Source: Planctomycetota bacterium | Lineage (GTDB): Bacteria > Planctomycetota > GCA-002687715 > CAIWVZ01 | Length of the DNA stretch: 64,000 nucleotides | Direction of reading: 5' to 3' | Assembly: GCA_044222185.1 (NCBI GenBank) | Contig: JBGANV010000009.1 | Location: 1-64,000 of the forward strand | Shown here: one piece after another, positions 1-9,054 of the stretch | Numbering within the stretch: the stretch's first letter is position 1 | How the letters are laid out: each line of letters begins with the position of its first letter | The notes under the pieces: model-generated | What the model was told of the DNA's origin: nothing | Databases searched by the model: none | Seen by the model: the letters and a program-made list of their open reading frames with translations, nothing else | Made by a program: the position numbers and the translations under genes

Positions 1-11
1 CCCGCCACTCC

Positions 12-674
12 TCACACCGCCTCCCGCCACCGTAGTCCGAACGGCAAGGTCGGCGGACCGAACACGAAGTGGAGCACGCGGCGGAGGCTCGTCCCCGTCG
101 CCTTCGACGAGGCGTGCAGCAGAAGTGGGCGCATGAGGAGCACGTCGCCGGGCGCTGCGGGGCAGGCGACGGTCGCGGTGTGGGCTGGCGGCGCGGCGTC
201 AGGGCGGATCCCGCGAGCATGCGATCCGGGCACGACCCGCAGCGGACCGTCTTCGAGCGAACAGGGATCGAGATGGACGCGGACCGCAACGAGGGCCCGA
301 AGCACATCCGCAGGGGCTTGGACGAAGTGCGCACCGTCCTTCGTCGACCATCCTCGGAGGTGCGGGTGATCGACACGCTCGGCGACCGGGATGAACAAGT
401 CCTGATGGAGCGGCACGAGCCAACTGCGCCGTGGCGGCTTCACGAACTCGGTGCATTGCACGGCGCAAAGGCCTGCGACGATCGGCGCGATCGACGCGTG
501 GAGGCTGAGGGAGCGGGCGAGATCAGCGCACCAAGACGCGGCGAGGAGCGACCGCCGGCCCGTGGAGGTGGGGCTCAACCCTGCAAGTCGAGCGATGAGC
601 TCCGCGCAGGCGACAGGCGGTAGAACCCCTGGCACGCGTACGAATCCGTCGGCGGCGAAGCTCTCGGCGAGCAT
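12..674 (-). CDS. phytanoyl-CoA dioxygenase (PhyH)-family Fe(II)/2OG dioxygenase
   Basis: FAADGFVRV N-terminus, HQD iron motif, GPLRVVPGSH and distal H (LLHASS..R). Start placed at ATG 674; the longer track ORF is antisense to the next gene. Confidence 0.85.
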   Translation of the reverse strand: MLAESFAADGFVRVPGVLPPVACAELIARLAGLSPTSTGRRSLLAASWCADLARSLSLHASIAPIVAGLCAVQCTEFVKPPRRSWLVPLHQDLFIPVAERVDHPHLRGWSTKDGAHFVQAPADVLRALVAVRVHLDPCSLEDGPLRVVPGSHARGIRPDAAPPAHTATVACPAAPGDVLLMRPLLLHASSKATGTSLRRVLHFVFGPPTLPFGLRWREAV

Positions 675-840
675 GGCGGCGCAGTGTAACGGGGGCGCGA
701 GCGGGGCGGCCCGGACCCGCGTGCGGTCCCGCATCGCCTTGGCCGCGCGCGCCGGGTGGATTACGTTCGCTCCCGCCGCGCGAGGCCACGGCCTCGGCGC
801 ATTCGCAGGAACGGCCAATCCAATCGACGAGGTTTGACGC

Positions 841-2037
841 ATGAACCAGGCAGCGAAGTCCGGCTGGGTGTTGGTGACGCTCCTCGCGTGCAGGTTCGTC
901 ACGGGGCAAGTCCCCGAGTCGCGGCCGCAGATCGCCGATTCGCAGCCGGCCACGGAGTCACGCGCGGTCACCACTCGCCCCGATGGCGCCGAGCGGGTGG
1001 ACGCGGTGCTCGAACCGATCCGCGTGCGATTCGACGTTCCCGCGTTGGCGGTCGCCGCGTCGGTGAACGGGAAGATGGTCGGCATCGGCGCCACGGGCTT
1101 CCGCCGTCGGGGCGACGACACGAAGGTCACCGTCGACGACCTCTGGCATCTCGGCTCGTGCACGAAGGCGATGACGGCCACCCTCTGCGCGATCCTCATC
1201 GAGAGGGGCACGCTCGACTGGAAGACGACCGTGGGCGCGACCTTCAAGGATCGCGAGGAGACGATGCACGCGGACTGGGCCGGCGTGACGCTCGACCAAT
1301 TGCTGACGAACAGCTCCGGCGCGCCCAACTCACTGGACGCAGGCGGACTGTGGGGTCGCTTGTGGGCGCGCCAGGGAAGCCCCCTCGAGCAGCGACTGCA
1401 ACTGCTCGACGGCGTGATCACGCGCGCACCCGAGGCGAAGCCCGGCACGAAGTTCATCTACTCGAACGCGGGCTTTTCGATCGCGGGCGCGATCGCCGAG
1501 CGGGTCACGAAGACTCCGTGGGAGACGTTGATCAAGCGCGAAGTCTTCGATCCGCTCGGGATGGAAAGCGCCGGATTCGGCGCGCCTGGAGTTGCCGACC
1601 GTCTCGATCAACCCCGCGGCCACCATGGCGAGCGCGGGCGCCAGGTCGTCGAGCCCGGACCGGACGCCGACAACCCGCCCGCCATCGGTCCGGCGGGCGT
1701 GGTGCACTGCACGATCGCCGATTGGTTGAAGTTCGCCTCGCTTCACGCGACCGGCGAAAAGGGCACGCCCAAGCTCCTGAAGGCCGAGACGATCAAGCGC
1801 CTCCACACTCCGCCGTTCGGAACCTACGCGTTCGGGTGGGGCACGGCGAAGCGGCCCTGGGCGCACGGCGGCGTGATCACCCACTCCGGGAGCAACACGA
1901 GCTGGTACTGCGTGACGTGGATCGCGCCCGAGCGGGGTTTCGCCGTCGTGGCGGCGACGAATCAGGCGGATGAAAGGGCGCGCGGAGCCGTGGACGAAGC
2001 CTGCTCCACCATGATCGGGCGCTACCTGGAGCCGTGA
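841..2037 (+). CDS. secreted serine hydrolase, beta-lactamase class C/AmpC-like fold
   Basis: Signal peptide; SxxK (SCTK), YSN and HSG motifs; PLGM segment. Confidence 0.9.
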   Translation: MNQAAKSGWVLVTLLACRFVTGQVPESRPQIADSQPATESRAVTTRPDGAERVDAVLEPIRVRFDVPALAVAASVNGKMVGIGATGFRRRGDDTKVTVDDLWHLGSCTKAMTATLCAILIERGTLDWKTTVGATFKDREETMHADWAGVTLDQLLTNSSGAPNSLDAGGLWGRLWARQGSPLEQRLQLLDGVITRAPEAKPGTKFIYSNAGFSIAGAIAERVTKTPWETLIKREVFDPLGMESAGFGAPGVADRLDQPRGHHGERGRQVVEPGPDADNPPAIGPAGVVHCTIADWLKFASLHATGEKGTPKLLKAETIKRLHTPPFGTYAFGWGTAKRPWAHGGVITHSGSNTSWYCVTWIAPERGFAVVAATNQADERARGAVDEACSTMIGRYLEP

Positions 2038-2097
2038 GGCGGACGCCCACGTCCGCGACCGCGATGGTGCGAACGTGGGCCGATCCGACGGGGTGGA

Positions 2098-3441
2098 TCA
2101 GTCGTGGAACGCGACGCGCTGAACGTGAGCGGCGCCGAGGCATCGGCCCTGCGTCAGACCGACTTCGTTCCCTGAACGGTAGTGGATGCCGCCGTAGAGA
2201 CGGGACAGCGCGGCCTCGTCGCCCGCGGCCGTGAACGAGGTGAACGAGCGCGGCTGGAACCCCTCGTCCTGCTTCGACTCATCCGTGAACGGGACGTCCC
2301 CGAACATGGCGGCGAGAACCGTGGTCGCCGCGCCTGACTGGGTCGAGTGTCCCGAGGTGTACTCGGGGAAGGCCGGCGTCGTGAGGAGCGGGAGCCAGTT
2401 CGCGTCGATGTTCTGGCGGATGAACGTCACCGGACGCTCGCGGTTGTAGGTGTACTTGGCGGCCCAGCACGCGATGAACGCGTCCGCGACCGCCATGCCC
2501 ACGCGGGCATACGCCTGCGCGCCGACGGCGAGGTCCACGTTGTAGTTCTGGAGGAACCCTGACGTGATCCGCACCCAGTGTCCCGGCGGCGTGCCCGTCG
2601 CACCGGCGTTGTCCGCCCAGTAGTTCGCGATCAGCGTCTGCTCGGCCGTCAACCCGTTGACCGTGGTGTAGACCTCGAGCGCCTCCGCGTAGTAGGCCGA
2701 CGTCATGTTCGTGTCGAACGGCATCTGGGCAGGCGGCAGGCATTCGACGCCGCTCGTGGCGATGAACGGGCGGAGCTGACCCCAGCAGGGCTGCAGGGGA
2801 TTGGGCGCAAAGGCCGGCGGCGTCGGTTCCCAGAGACCTGGGCCCGTCGGCGGCGTGTACGCGCACGCGTTGTAGGTGGAGAACCCGTCCGTTCCCGCCC
2901 ACAACAGGATCGCGGCACCGACCTGCTGCCCGTAGGAGCGCGATCGCGTCAACACGGCGGGATCGATGACGAACCCGCGGTTCTTGATCCAGTCGTTCTC
3001 GGTGTCCGTGATGGCGGCCGTGGTCGCCGGGCTCGGGCTCGGGATGATCCCCGCGGCCACAGCGGCCAGCGCGGCGTTCGCAACCGAGGGCCAGTCGTAG
3101 ACGAGGTCCGGGTCCGCGGGCGGAATCGACCCGTCGGCGAGGCCGTTCACCTGGCCTTGGAGCGAGCGCCCGTGCTTGATGCCGCCGACGACGGACTCGT
3201 ACAGCGTGACTCCGAGATAGCCGTAGATGCGCGACGCGACCGGCGGGGAGATCGACTGAGCCTTCACGAGGTCGTAGGCGAGGTTCATCCACGCGCCGCC
3301 GATCGACGAGTCGAAGGACGACGTCTGCGGCGACGCGATGGCCTCGGTCGGATTCACTCCGTTTCCGCCACAGCTTCCCAAGGTGGCCACGGCGACCACG
3401 GCGGTGGCGAGCAGGACACTCGAACGGACTTCCTTCTTCAA
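2098..3441 (-). CDS. vanadium-dependent haloperoxidase/PAP2-family lipoprotein
   Basis: KYTYNRERP, FPEYTSGHS and SRLYGGIHY vanadate-binding motifs; lipobox LGSC; AAGGAG RBS before TTG. Confidence 0.88.
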   Translation of the reverse strand: MKKEVRSSVLLATAVVAVATLGSCGGNGVNPTEAIASPQTSSFDSSIGGAWMNLAYDLVKAQSISPPVASRIYGYLGVTLYESVVGGIKHGRSLQGQVNGLADGSIPPADPDLVYDWPSVANAALAAVAAGIIPSPSPATTAAITDTENDWIKNRGFVIDPAVLTRSRSYGQQVGAAILLWAGTDGFSTYNACAYTPPTGPGLWEPTPPAFAPNPLQPCWGQLRPFIATSGVECLPPAQMPFDTNMTSAYYAEALEVYTTVNGLTAEQTLIANYWADNAGATGTPPGHWVRITSGFLQNYNVDLAVGAQAYARVGMAVADAFIACWAAKYTYNRERPVTFIRQNIDANWLPLLTTPAFPEYTSGHSTQSGAATTVLAAMFGDVPFTDESKQDEGFQPRSFTSFTAAGDEAALSRLYGGIHYRSGNEVGLTQGRCLGAAHVQRVAFHD

Positions 3442-3583
3442 CGCGGGTTCTCCTTCGCGGGCGAGGCGGCACCATCAGCGCGACGGTCCGGCCCGCTTTT
3501 GGGACCCGCGCGCGCACCTATTCCCAGAGGTCGGCATGGCCGCCTCATCTCCTTGACATCGGAACTCTTGCGCTCGTGGGCTG

Positions 3584-3612
3584 AGTCTCGTTCGCAATGT
3601 TGTCGTTGTCAA
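3584..3612 (-). promoter_or_regulatory. candidate sigma70 promoter for the haloperoxidase gene
   Basis: TTGACA-N17-GAGACT on the minus strand. Confidence 0.4.
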
Positions 3613-3636
3613 CGCCGCCCGCCCGCGGATTCGCCG

Positions 3637-5463
3637 TCAGCCGTGTCCGAACGCCGCGCGGTGGAGTCCGACGACGGCGCAGCCAAAAAGCAGGTCGGTG
3701 GGCGGGTCGGGGGAGTCGAGGGACGCTGCCAGGGCCTCGGCGGCTCCGGTTCGCAGCAGGTCCCTCAGGGGCGAGGCGGAGTCGCCGAGGCAATCGCGGA
3801 CTACCTGGCGGAGCGACCCGGCCGTCAGCCATCGCGCCAGCGGGACCTGGAACCCTCGCTTGCGGCCGGAGGTGATCGGGTCGGGGAGGCGGCGGCCGAG
3901 CATCGCGCGCAGTGGCAGCTTGCCTCGGGTCCAGGACGCCCGGATCCGCCCAGGCATCGAGAGCCCGAGGTCGACGACGCGGTCGTCGAGGAATGGGGCC
4001 CGCATCTCCAGCCCGAAGGCCATGCCGGCCCGGTCGGCCTTCGGCAGGAGGTCGCCAGGGAGATAGCTGGTGAGGTCGGACAGCCCCGCCGCCTCGGCCG
4101 GATCCGCGCCCGCTTTCCAGGGCGGCAGCGCGGCGGCGGCCGGGTCGCCCTTCATCGCGAGATCGGGATGCAGCCAGGGGGCGAGTGCGCGCCACGGAAC
4201 GAGGCCGGTGAGTTCCGACCACGTCTCCCGTGGGTCGCCGCATCCAGTCGTCCACCGCCGCTGCCATTCACGGGACCGACTGAGCCGGCGCGCCTGCCGG
4301 GCGAGCGGGCGCAACGCACTCGGGACGACCGATGCCCATCGCGCCGCGCGATGCCGCCGATAGCCGAGGAGCGTCTCGTCGCCACCATCTCCCGTGAGGA
4401 CGACCGTGACGTCGCCCGAGACCGCGCGACATAGATGAGCGAGCGCAATCCAGGACGCGTCGGCGAGCATCTCGCCCGAGGTCTCGATCAGCTCCCGCAG
4501 GAGCGCCGCCGGGTCGCTCGTGAATGGAACGACGTCGTGCCGCAGGTCGATCGATGACGCCGTCAGCTCGGCCAGCCGTGATTCGTCCATCGCAGCGTCG
4601 TCGAAGGCGAGCGTGAACCCGCGGAGCTCCGGGCCGCCGGTGTCGCGAGCGACTGCGGCGACGGCCGCCGAATCCAGACCACCGCTCAAAAGGACGCCGA
4701 GCGGTCGATCGGATCGCATCCGGCGCCTCACCGCGGCGCCGAGTTCCCGCTCGAGCGCGTCTGCCGCCGATCGTGGCGTCCAATCCGTTCGGACGGTCGG
4801 GGCAGGCTCCCACCAGCGCCGCCGCACGGTGCCGCTGGGCGTGCAGAGAAGCGCTTCGCCGGGCAGCAGCGATTGGATGCCTTCGAACGGGGTCTGGGGC
4901 GCGGGGATCCACCCAAGCCGCAGGAGCGTGGGAACGGCCTCCGCTCGCCACGGTGCAGGAACGGCGACCCGCAGGGCGCGGAGCTCGGATGCGAACGCGA
5001 GCCCGCCTTCATGCTCCGCGACGAAGAGCGGTTTCTTGCCGAGTCGATCGCGCGCGAGGAAGAGCTCCTGGCTTCGCGGGTCGAAGACGGCGAGCGCGAA
5101 CGGGCCGTGGATCTCGTGGACGAGCAACGTTCCATGCTCGAGCCAGAGCGGGATCAGCAGCTCCGAGTCGGACCGACCGCGAAACCGATGGCCGCGGGCA
5201 GAGAGCCGCGCGCGCAGGTCGTCGGCATCGTAGAACTCGCCGTTGACGACGCCGGTGACGCCGGTCTGAGGGTCGAGGAACGGCTGGCATCCGGCTGCCG
5301 TGAGGTCGTGGATCGCGAGGCGCCGGTGTCCGAGGACCGCTCCGCCGGAAACGACGAGACCTGCTCCGTCCGGTCCGCGATGAACGAGCGCCTCGAGCAT
5401 GGCCGCGACGACGTCCGCGTCAGCAGGTTCACCGCGTCGAAGGATGCCGGCGATGCCGCACAT
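3637..5463 (-). CDS. asnB: asparagine synthase (glutamine-hydrolysing)-family amidotransferase
   Basis: N-terminal MCGIAG nucleophile, HRGPD, LSGGLDS, TGDGGDE, KADR..M..GLEMRAPFLD. Confidence 0.92.
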   Translation of the reverse strand: MCGIAGILRRGEPADADVVAAMLEALVHRGPDGAGLVVSGGAVLGHRRLAIHDLTAAGCQPFLDPQTGVTGVVNGEFYDADDLRARLSARGHRFRGRSDSELLIPLWLEHGTLLVHEIHGPFALAVFDPRSQELFLARDRLGKKPLFVAEHEGGLAFASELRALRVAVPAPWRAEAVPTLLRLGWIPAPQTPFEGIQSLLPGEALLCTPSGTVRRRWWEPAPTVRTDWTPRSAADALERELGAAVRRRMRSDRPLGVLLSGGLDSAAVAAVARDTGGPELRGFTLAFDDAAMDESRLAELTASSIDLRHDVVPFTSDPAALLRELIETSGEMLADASWIALAHLCRAVSGDVTVVLTGDGGDETLLGYRRHRAARWASVVPSALRPLARQARRLSRSREWQRRWTTGCGDPRETWSELTGLVPWRALAPWLHPDLAMKGDPAAAALPPWKAGADPAEAAGLSDLTSYLPGDLLPKADRAGMAFGLEMRAPFLDDRVVDLGLSMPGRIRASWTRGKLPLRAMLGRRLPDPITSGRKRGFQVPLARWLTAGSLRQVVRDCLGDSASPLRDLLRTGAAEALAASLDSPDPPTDLLFGCAVVGLHRAAFGHG

Positions 5464-5508
5464 GAGGCCGCTTTGTAGCAGCGAAGCTCGTGGGCGACCT
5501 CCGCGCGG

Positions 5509-6426
5509 TCACGCGATGCAGAGCAGCGCCGCGCCCCCCACGGCGACGACGGCACCGATCGCGCCCCGTGCGTGAGGGACGTCACCGATGAGCCACCATG
5601 CGACGGGAACGGTGAAGATCGGCGTGGTGGACAAGAGCACGGCGGCGAGCCCCGACGGCAGGTTCGCGAGGGAGACCTGCATCAGCACCATCGCCACGTA
5701 CGTGCCGATGAACATGGGGAAGAAGAGGCGTCTCCAGCCCTCGGAGCGGCGCAAGGGCAACGTCGAACGGGGGAGCGAGCCCTGCAACGTCGCTCCGAGC
5801 AACGTGCCCAGCGACGCAGCCGTCATGCGCAACGTCGACGCGATGACGGCGCCGTGGAGGTCGCGAGTGCCGCCCGCGGCCTCGAGTGCCGTCCAGCCCC
5901 GATTGGTGCAGTAGATGCCCGTCGCCTGTCCGACCGCGGCGAGCGTCGCCGCGAAGAGGCCAACCTTCCACGAGCCGTGGACCTCGCCGGGCTTGCGCTT
6001 GCGCACCGTCGCGAGGAGCACGCCGGCGATCACGAGCACGACGCCCGCCGTGTTCATCACGGTCAGCCTCTCGTCCAGCAACGTGATCCCGAGCACGAGC
6101 GCGAAGAGCGCCGACGATTGATAGACGACGGCCGTGGTCGTCGGGCCGATGTGTTTCAGTGCGACGAGGTAGGCCGTGTCCCCGAACGCGAGTCCGAGGA
6201 CGCCGGAGATCCCGAACCATGCGACCACGCTCGACGGCAGCTGGAACGCCGCCGCGCCGAGCCACACGAGCACGGTCAGGTTGAACATGGCGGCGGCGAC
6301 GGTCGTCTTGAACGTGTTCGCCGCATGGCCGCCGAACGCACGGCTTGGAGCCACGAGCATCGTGCTCGAGAACGCCCAGATCGCAGCGCTCCCGAGCGCT
6401 GCGGCGCAACCCAGAAGTGGGTTCAT
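5509..6426 (-). CDS. DMT/EamA family transporter
   Basis: About 10 hydrophobic helices in two repeats; GDTAY and STTPIF motifs. Confidence 0.85.
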   Translation of the reverse strand: MNPLLGCAAALGSAAIWAFSSTMLVAPSRAFGGHAANTFKTTVAAAMFNLTVLVWLGAAAFQLPSSVVAWFGISGVLGLAFGDTAYLVALKHIGPTTTAVVYQSSALFALVLGITLLDERLTVMNTAGVVLVIAGVLLATVRKRKPGEVHGSWKVGLFAATLAAVGQATGIYCTNRGWTALEAAGGTRDLHGAVIASTLRMTAASLGTLLGATLQGSLPRSTLPLRRSEGWRRLFFPMFIGTYVAMVLMQVSLANLPSGLAAVLLSTTPIFTVPVAWWLIGDVPHARGAIGAVVAVGGAALLCIA

Positions 6427-6438
6427 GGCGGGGACGGA

Positions 6439-6834
6439 TCAGGCGCCGGCGGCCGGTTTCCGTTTGATGGGGACCTTGTGTCCCGTTTCGTCCGTCGACA
6501 CGTAGACGACTTCGGCCTCCGTCACGATCACGCGCTCGCCGATGGGCACGAGGCGCTCGGCTTCGACTCGAAGCTTGACCGTGATCGACGTGTTCCCCAC
6601 GTTCGTGACGGTGGCGTAATAGGAGACGATGTCGCCCACGTAGACCGGGTGTTTGAACTCGACCTGCCGCATGCAAACGGTGACGACGCGTGGTGCGACG
6701 TCGCGTGCTGCAATCGCGCCGGCCTGGTCGATCTGGGCCAGGATCACCCCGCCAAAGATCGTGCCGTGGACGTTCGTGTCGCGCGGCATCATCGCCACCT
6801 TGATCGCCGGGACGGGACTGCAGGTATCACCCAT
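6439..6834 (-). CDS. acyl-CoA thioesterase (hotdog fold, YciA-like)
   Basis: MMPRDTNVHGTIFGG..L..IDQAG, FKHPVYVGD, VGNTSI. Start ATG 6834. Confidence 0.9.
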   Translation of the reverse strand: MGDTCSPVPAIKVAMMPRDTNVHGTIFGGVILAQIDQAGAIAARDVAPRVVTVCMRQVEFKHPVYVGDIVSYYATVTNVGNTSITVKLRVEAERLVPIGERVIVTEAEVVYVSTDETGHKVPIKRKPAAGA

Positions 6835-6951
6835 GGGGGCGCAGCGTAGCTCCCACCCGGAGGGCGAGAAAGGAAGCGCCATGCACCGTGTTTCGGACGC
6901 GTGGGCCCTAAATGACGAATTCGAGCGTCTCTCCTGCGGAGCCATTCCGCG

Positions 6952-7617
6952 ATGACGACACTCGACCGCGCCACCGCAACGTCCGACCTTCTGGCAACTC
7001 TGGTGGACGGTCCGTGGAGCGCGGGCTGCCGCCTCGCGGAGCTGGCCGCGGCTGCCCCGGATGATCTCGCCGCGCGCCTCGGAATCCCGCAGGAGGCGGC
7101 GCGCCGCGTGTTCGCCGCGTTCGAGCTCGCGCGCCGTCGCGACCTGGAGGCCCGCCCTGCCCGCCCGATCTTCGACACGCCGGCGCGTGTCTTCGAATGG
7201 GTGCATTCGGCCACGCGGGATGAGGATGTCGAGACGTTCCGTACGCTCGTGCTCGACGCGAGGAACCGCTTCCTGGCCGAGGTCGTCGTGTCGCGCGGGA
7301 TCCTCACGGCGAGCCTCGTCCACCCGCGGGAGGTGTTCAAGCCGGCGCTCGTTCGTGCGGGCGCGGCGGTGGTCGTCGTTCACAACCATCCAAGTGGCGA
7401 CCCGACGCCAAGTCGCGACGACGATGCCATCACGGATCGACTGGCGCGAGCCGGCGACCTGCTTGGAGTTCCGCTCCTGGATCACGTGGTCATCGGGGAT
7501 CGCAGTTTCTGGTCGTATCGTGAACACGGCGCCCTCGGTGCGGAAACCCTGGGGCGCCGTGCGACGACACCCATCGATTGCCGCGGCCAGAAGCCGCTCT
7601 CGAACGGAGGTGGATGA
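6952..7617 (+). CDS. radC: RadC-like JAB/MPN domain protein
   Basis: VHPREVFK and HNHPSGDPTPSRDD...LLDHVVIG motifs. Confidence 0.9.
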   Translation: MTTLDRATATSDLLATLVDGPWSAGCRLAELAAAAPDDLAARLGIPQEAARRVFAAFELARRRDLEARPARPIFDTPARVFEWVHSATRDEDVETFRTLVLDARNRFLAEVVVSRGILTASLVHPREVFKPALVRAGAAVVVVHNHPSGDPTPSRDDDAITDRLARAGDLLGVPLLDHVVIGDRSFWSYREHGALGAETLGRRATTPIDCRGQKPLSNGGG

Positions 7618-8198
7618 TGCAACGACGAAGGAAGTCCGTGGCGCCGCCGCCGACCGACGAGGTGCGATCCCACCTGGTGAAGACGCGAGCCGGATGGGTC
7701 GGAATGGCCTCCCGCGGAACGGCTCTCTGCCGGATCGTGCTTCCCGTCGCCACGCGCGCGGGCGCCGTCGCGGCCCTGAGGCGGAGCGGCTTTGGCGGCG
7801 AAGTCGGGGACCCGCCGCAGGCACTGCGCGGCGTCGAGAAGGCGCTGGTCGGGTATTTCGCCGGCGAGCCGGTCGACCCGGCGCGCCTCTCGGCCGAGCT
7901 GGATCCCGGGAAGATCACGCCGTTCGCGAAGCGGGTTTATGACGCGCTCAGGTCGGTCCCGAGGGGTTCGACGGCAACCTACGCCGAACTCGCCGCGGCT
8001 GCGGGACGGCCAAAGGCCAGTCGTGCCGTCGGCATGTTCATGGCGCGCAATCCGCTCCCGCTTCTCGTGCCCTGTCACCGCGTCGTCGCGAGCGACGGCG
8101 GACTCGGAGGGTTCTCGTCGAGTGGCGGACTGCCCGACAAACGGCGGCTGCTTGCACTCGAGGGAATCTCCGTGGGTGCAAAGGCCAAGGCGCGCTGA
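7614..8198 (+). CDS. ogt: methylated-DNA--protein-cysteine S-methyltransferase
   Basis: PCHRVV active site, TYAELA..AG.P.A.RAVG; GGAGG RBS and ATGA overlap with radC. Confidence 0.92.
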   Translation: MMQRRRKSVAPPPTDEVRSHLVKTRAGWVGMASRGTALCRIVLPVATRAGAVAALRRSGFGGEVGDPPQALRGVEKALVGYFAGEPVDPARLSAELDPGKITPFAKRVYDALRSVPRGSTATYAELAAAAGRPKASRAVGMFMARNPLPLLVPCHRVVASDGGLGGFSSSGGLPDKRRLLALEGISVGAKAKAR

Positions 8199-8209
8199 AG
8201 ATCGGCACG

Positions 8210-8239
8210 TTGGTAGCCCGTCGGAGGGGATGTTAGGTT
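8210..8239 (+). promoter_or_regulatory. candidate extended -10 promoter
   Basis: TTGGTA-N18-TAGGTT with TGn immediately before the -10, about 30 nt upstream of the GTG at 8270. Confidence 0.35.
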
Positions 8240-8269
8240 CGGCGCCCTCTTTGAGCAGGGAAGTCAGAC

Positions 8270-9016
8270 GTGCACGCACTCATCTCGGATATCCACTCGA
8301 ACATCGAGGCCATGACGGCCGTCCTGGAGGATATGGCGAGATTCTCGGTTTCGACGGTCTACTGCCTGGGCGACGTGATCGGTTACGGCCCCAACCCCCG
8401 CGAGTGCCTCGACATCATCCGGCGATGCGAGTTCACCCTGATCGGGAACCACGAGGCCGGGATGCTGCAGGTCGCCGACGACTTCAACGACCGGGCTCGG
8501 CGCGCGCTCGAGTGGACGAAGAACGCCCTGAACGACCCCGCGTTCCCCCGGGACAAGAACTACGAGTACTGGAACCAGATCGACGGGTTCGTCGAGACCT
8601 ACCGCACCGACGATGCCCTCTTCGTCCATGGTTCGCCCCGCGATCCGATCCGCGAGTACGTGATGCCGTCGGACGCGAACGACCGCGAGAAGATGGACGA
8701 GATCTTCGCACTCATGGACCGGCCGTACTGCTTCGCCGGTCACACGCACGTCCCTGGAATCTTCACGCTGGAAGACGGATTCACGCACCAAGGCGAGCTT
8801 CCCGAGAAGGTCAAGCTGCCACCCAAGTGCTTCGTGAACATCGGTTCGGTCGGACAGCCTCGTGACGGCGACAACCGCTCGTCGTACGTGATCGTCGACG
8901 GTGACTCGGTGATGTTCCGGCGCGTGCCGTACGACGTCGCGACGACGATGCGGAAGATCAAGTCGATCTCCGCTCTCGACGTGTTTCTCGCCAACCGCCT
9001 CAAGGTCGGGAAGTAG
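8270..9016 (+). CDS. metallophosphoesterase (calcineurin-like)
   Basis: SDIHSN, LGDVIGYG, GNHE, HGSP, GHTH, GSVGQPRDGD. Confidence 0.93.
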   Translation: MHALISDIHSNIEAMTAVLEDMARFSVSTVYCLGDVIGYGPNPRECLDIIRRCEFTLIGNHEAGMLQVADDFNDRARRALEWTKNALNDPAFPRDKNYEYWNQIDGFVETYRTDDALFVHGSPRDPIREYVMPSDANDREKMDEIFALMDRPYCFAGHTHVPGIFTLEDGFTHQGELPEKVKLPPKCFVNIGSVGQPRDGDNRSSYVIVDGDSVMFRRVPYDVATTMRKIKSISALDVFLANRLKVGK

Positions 9017-9054
9017 TCCCGCCTCTCGCAAGGCCACAGGGATCGCCGAAAGCG

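Noticed and set aside
675-1457. N-terminal extension of track ORF 12..1457
   Set aside because: Antisense to the serine hydrolase; dioxygenase motifs start at ATG 674.
3438-3548. 36-codon uORF overlapping the haloperoxidase start
   Set aside because: The AAGGAG abuts the ATG with zero spacing and the peptide has no features.
2578-4434. Long shadow ORFs (also 29595..32273, 37595..39853, 46364..49006, 52684..54477)
   Set aside because: Antisense to well-supported genes, Arg/Gly-rich and motif-free; expected in high-GC DNA.
6835-7824. Extension of track ORF 6439..7824
   Set aside because: Antisense to radC/ogt; the hotdog domain starts at 6834.
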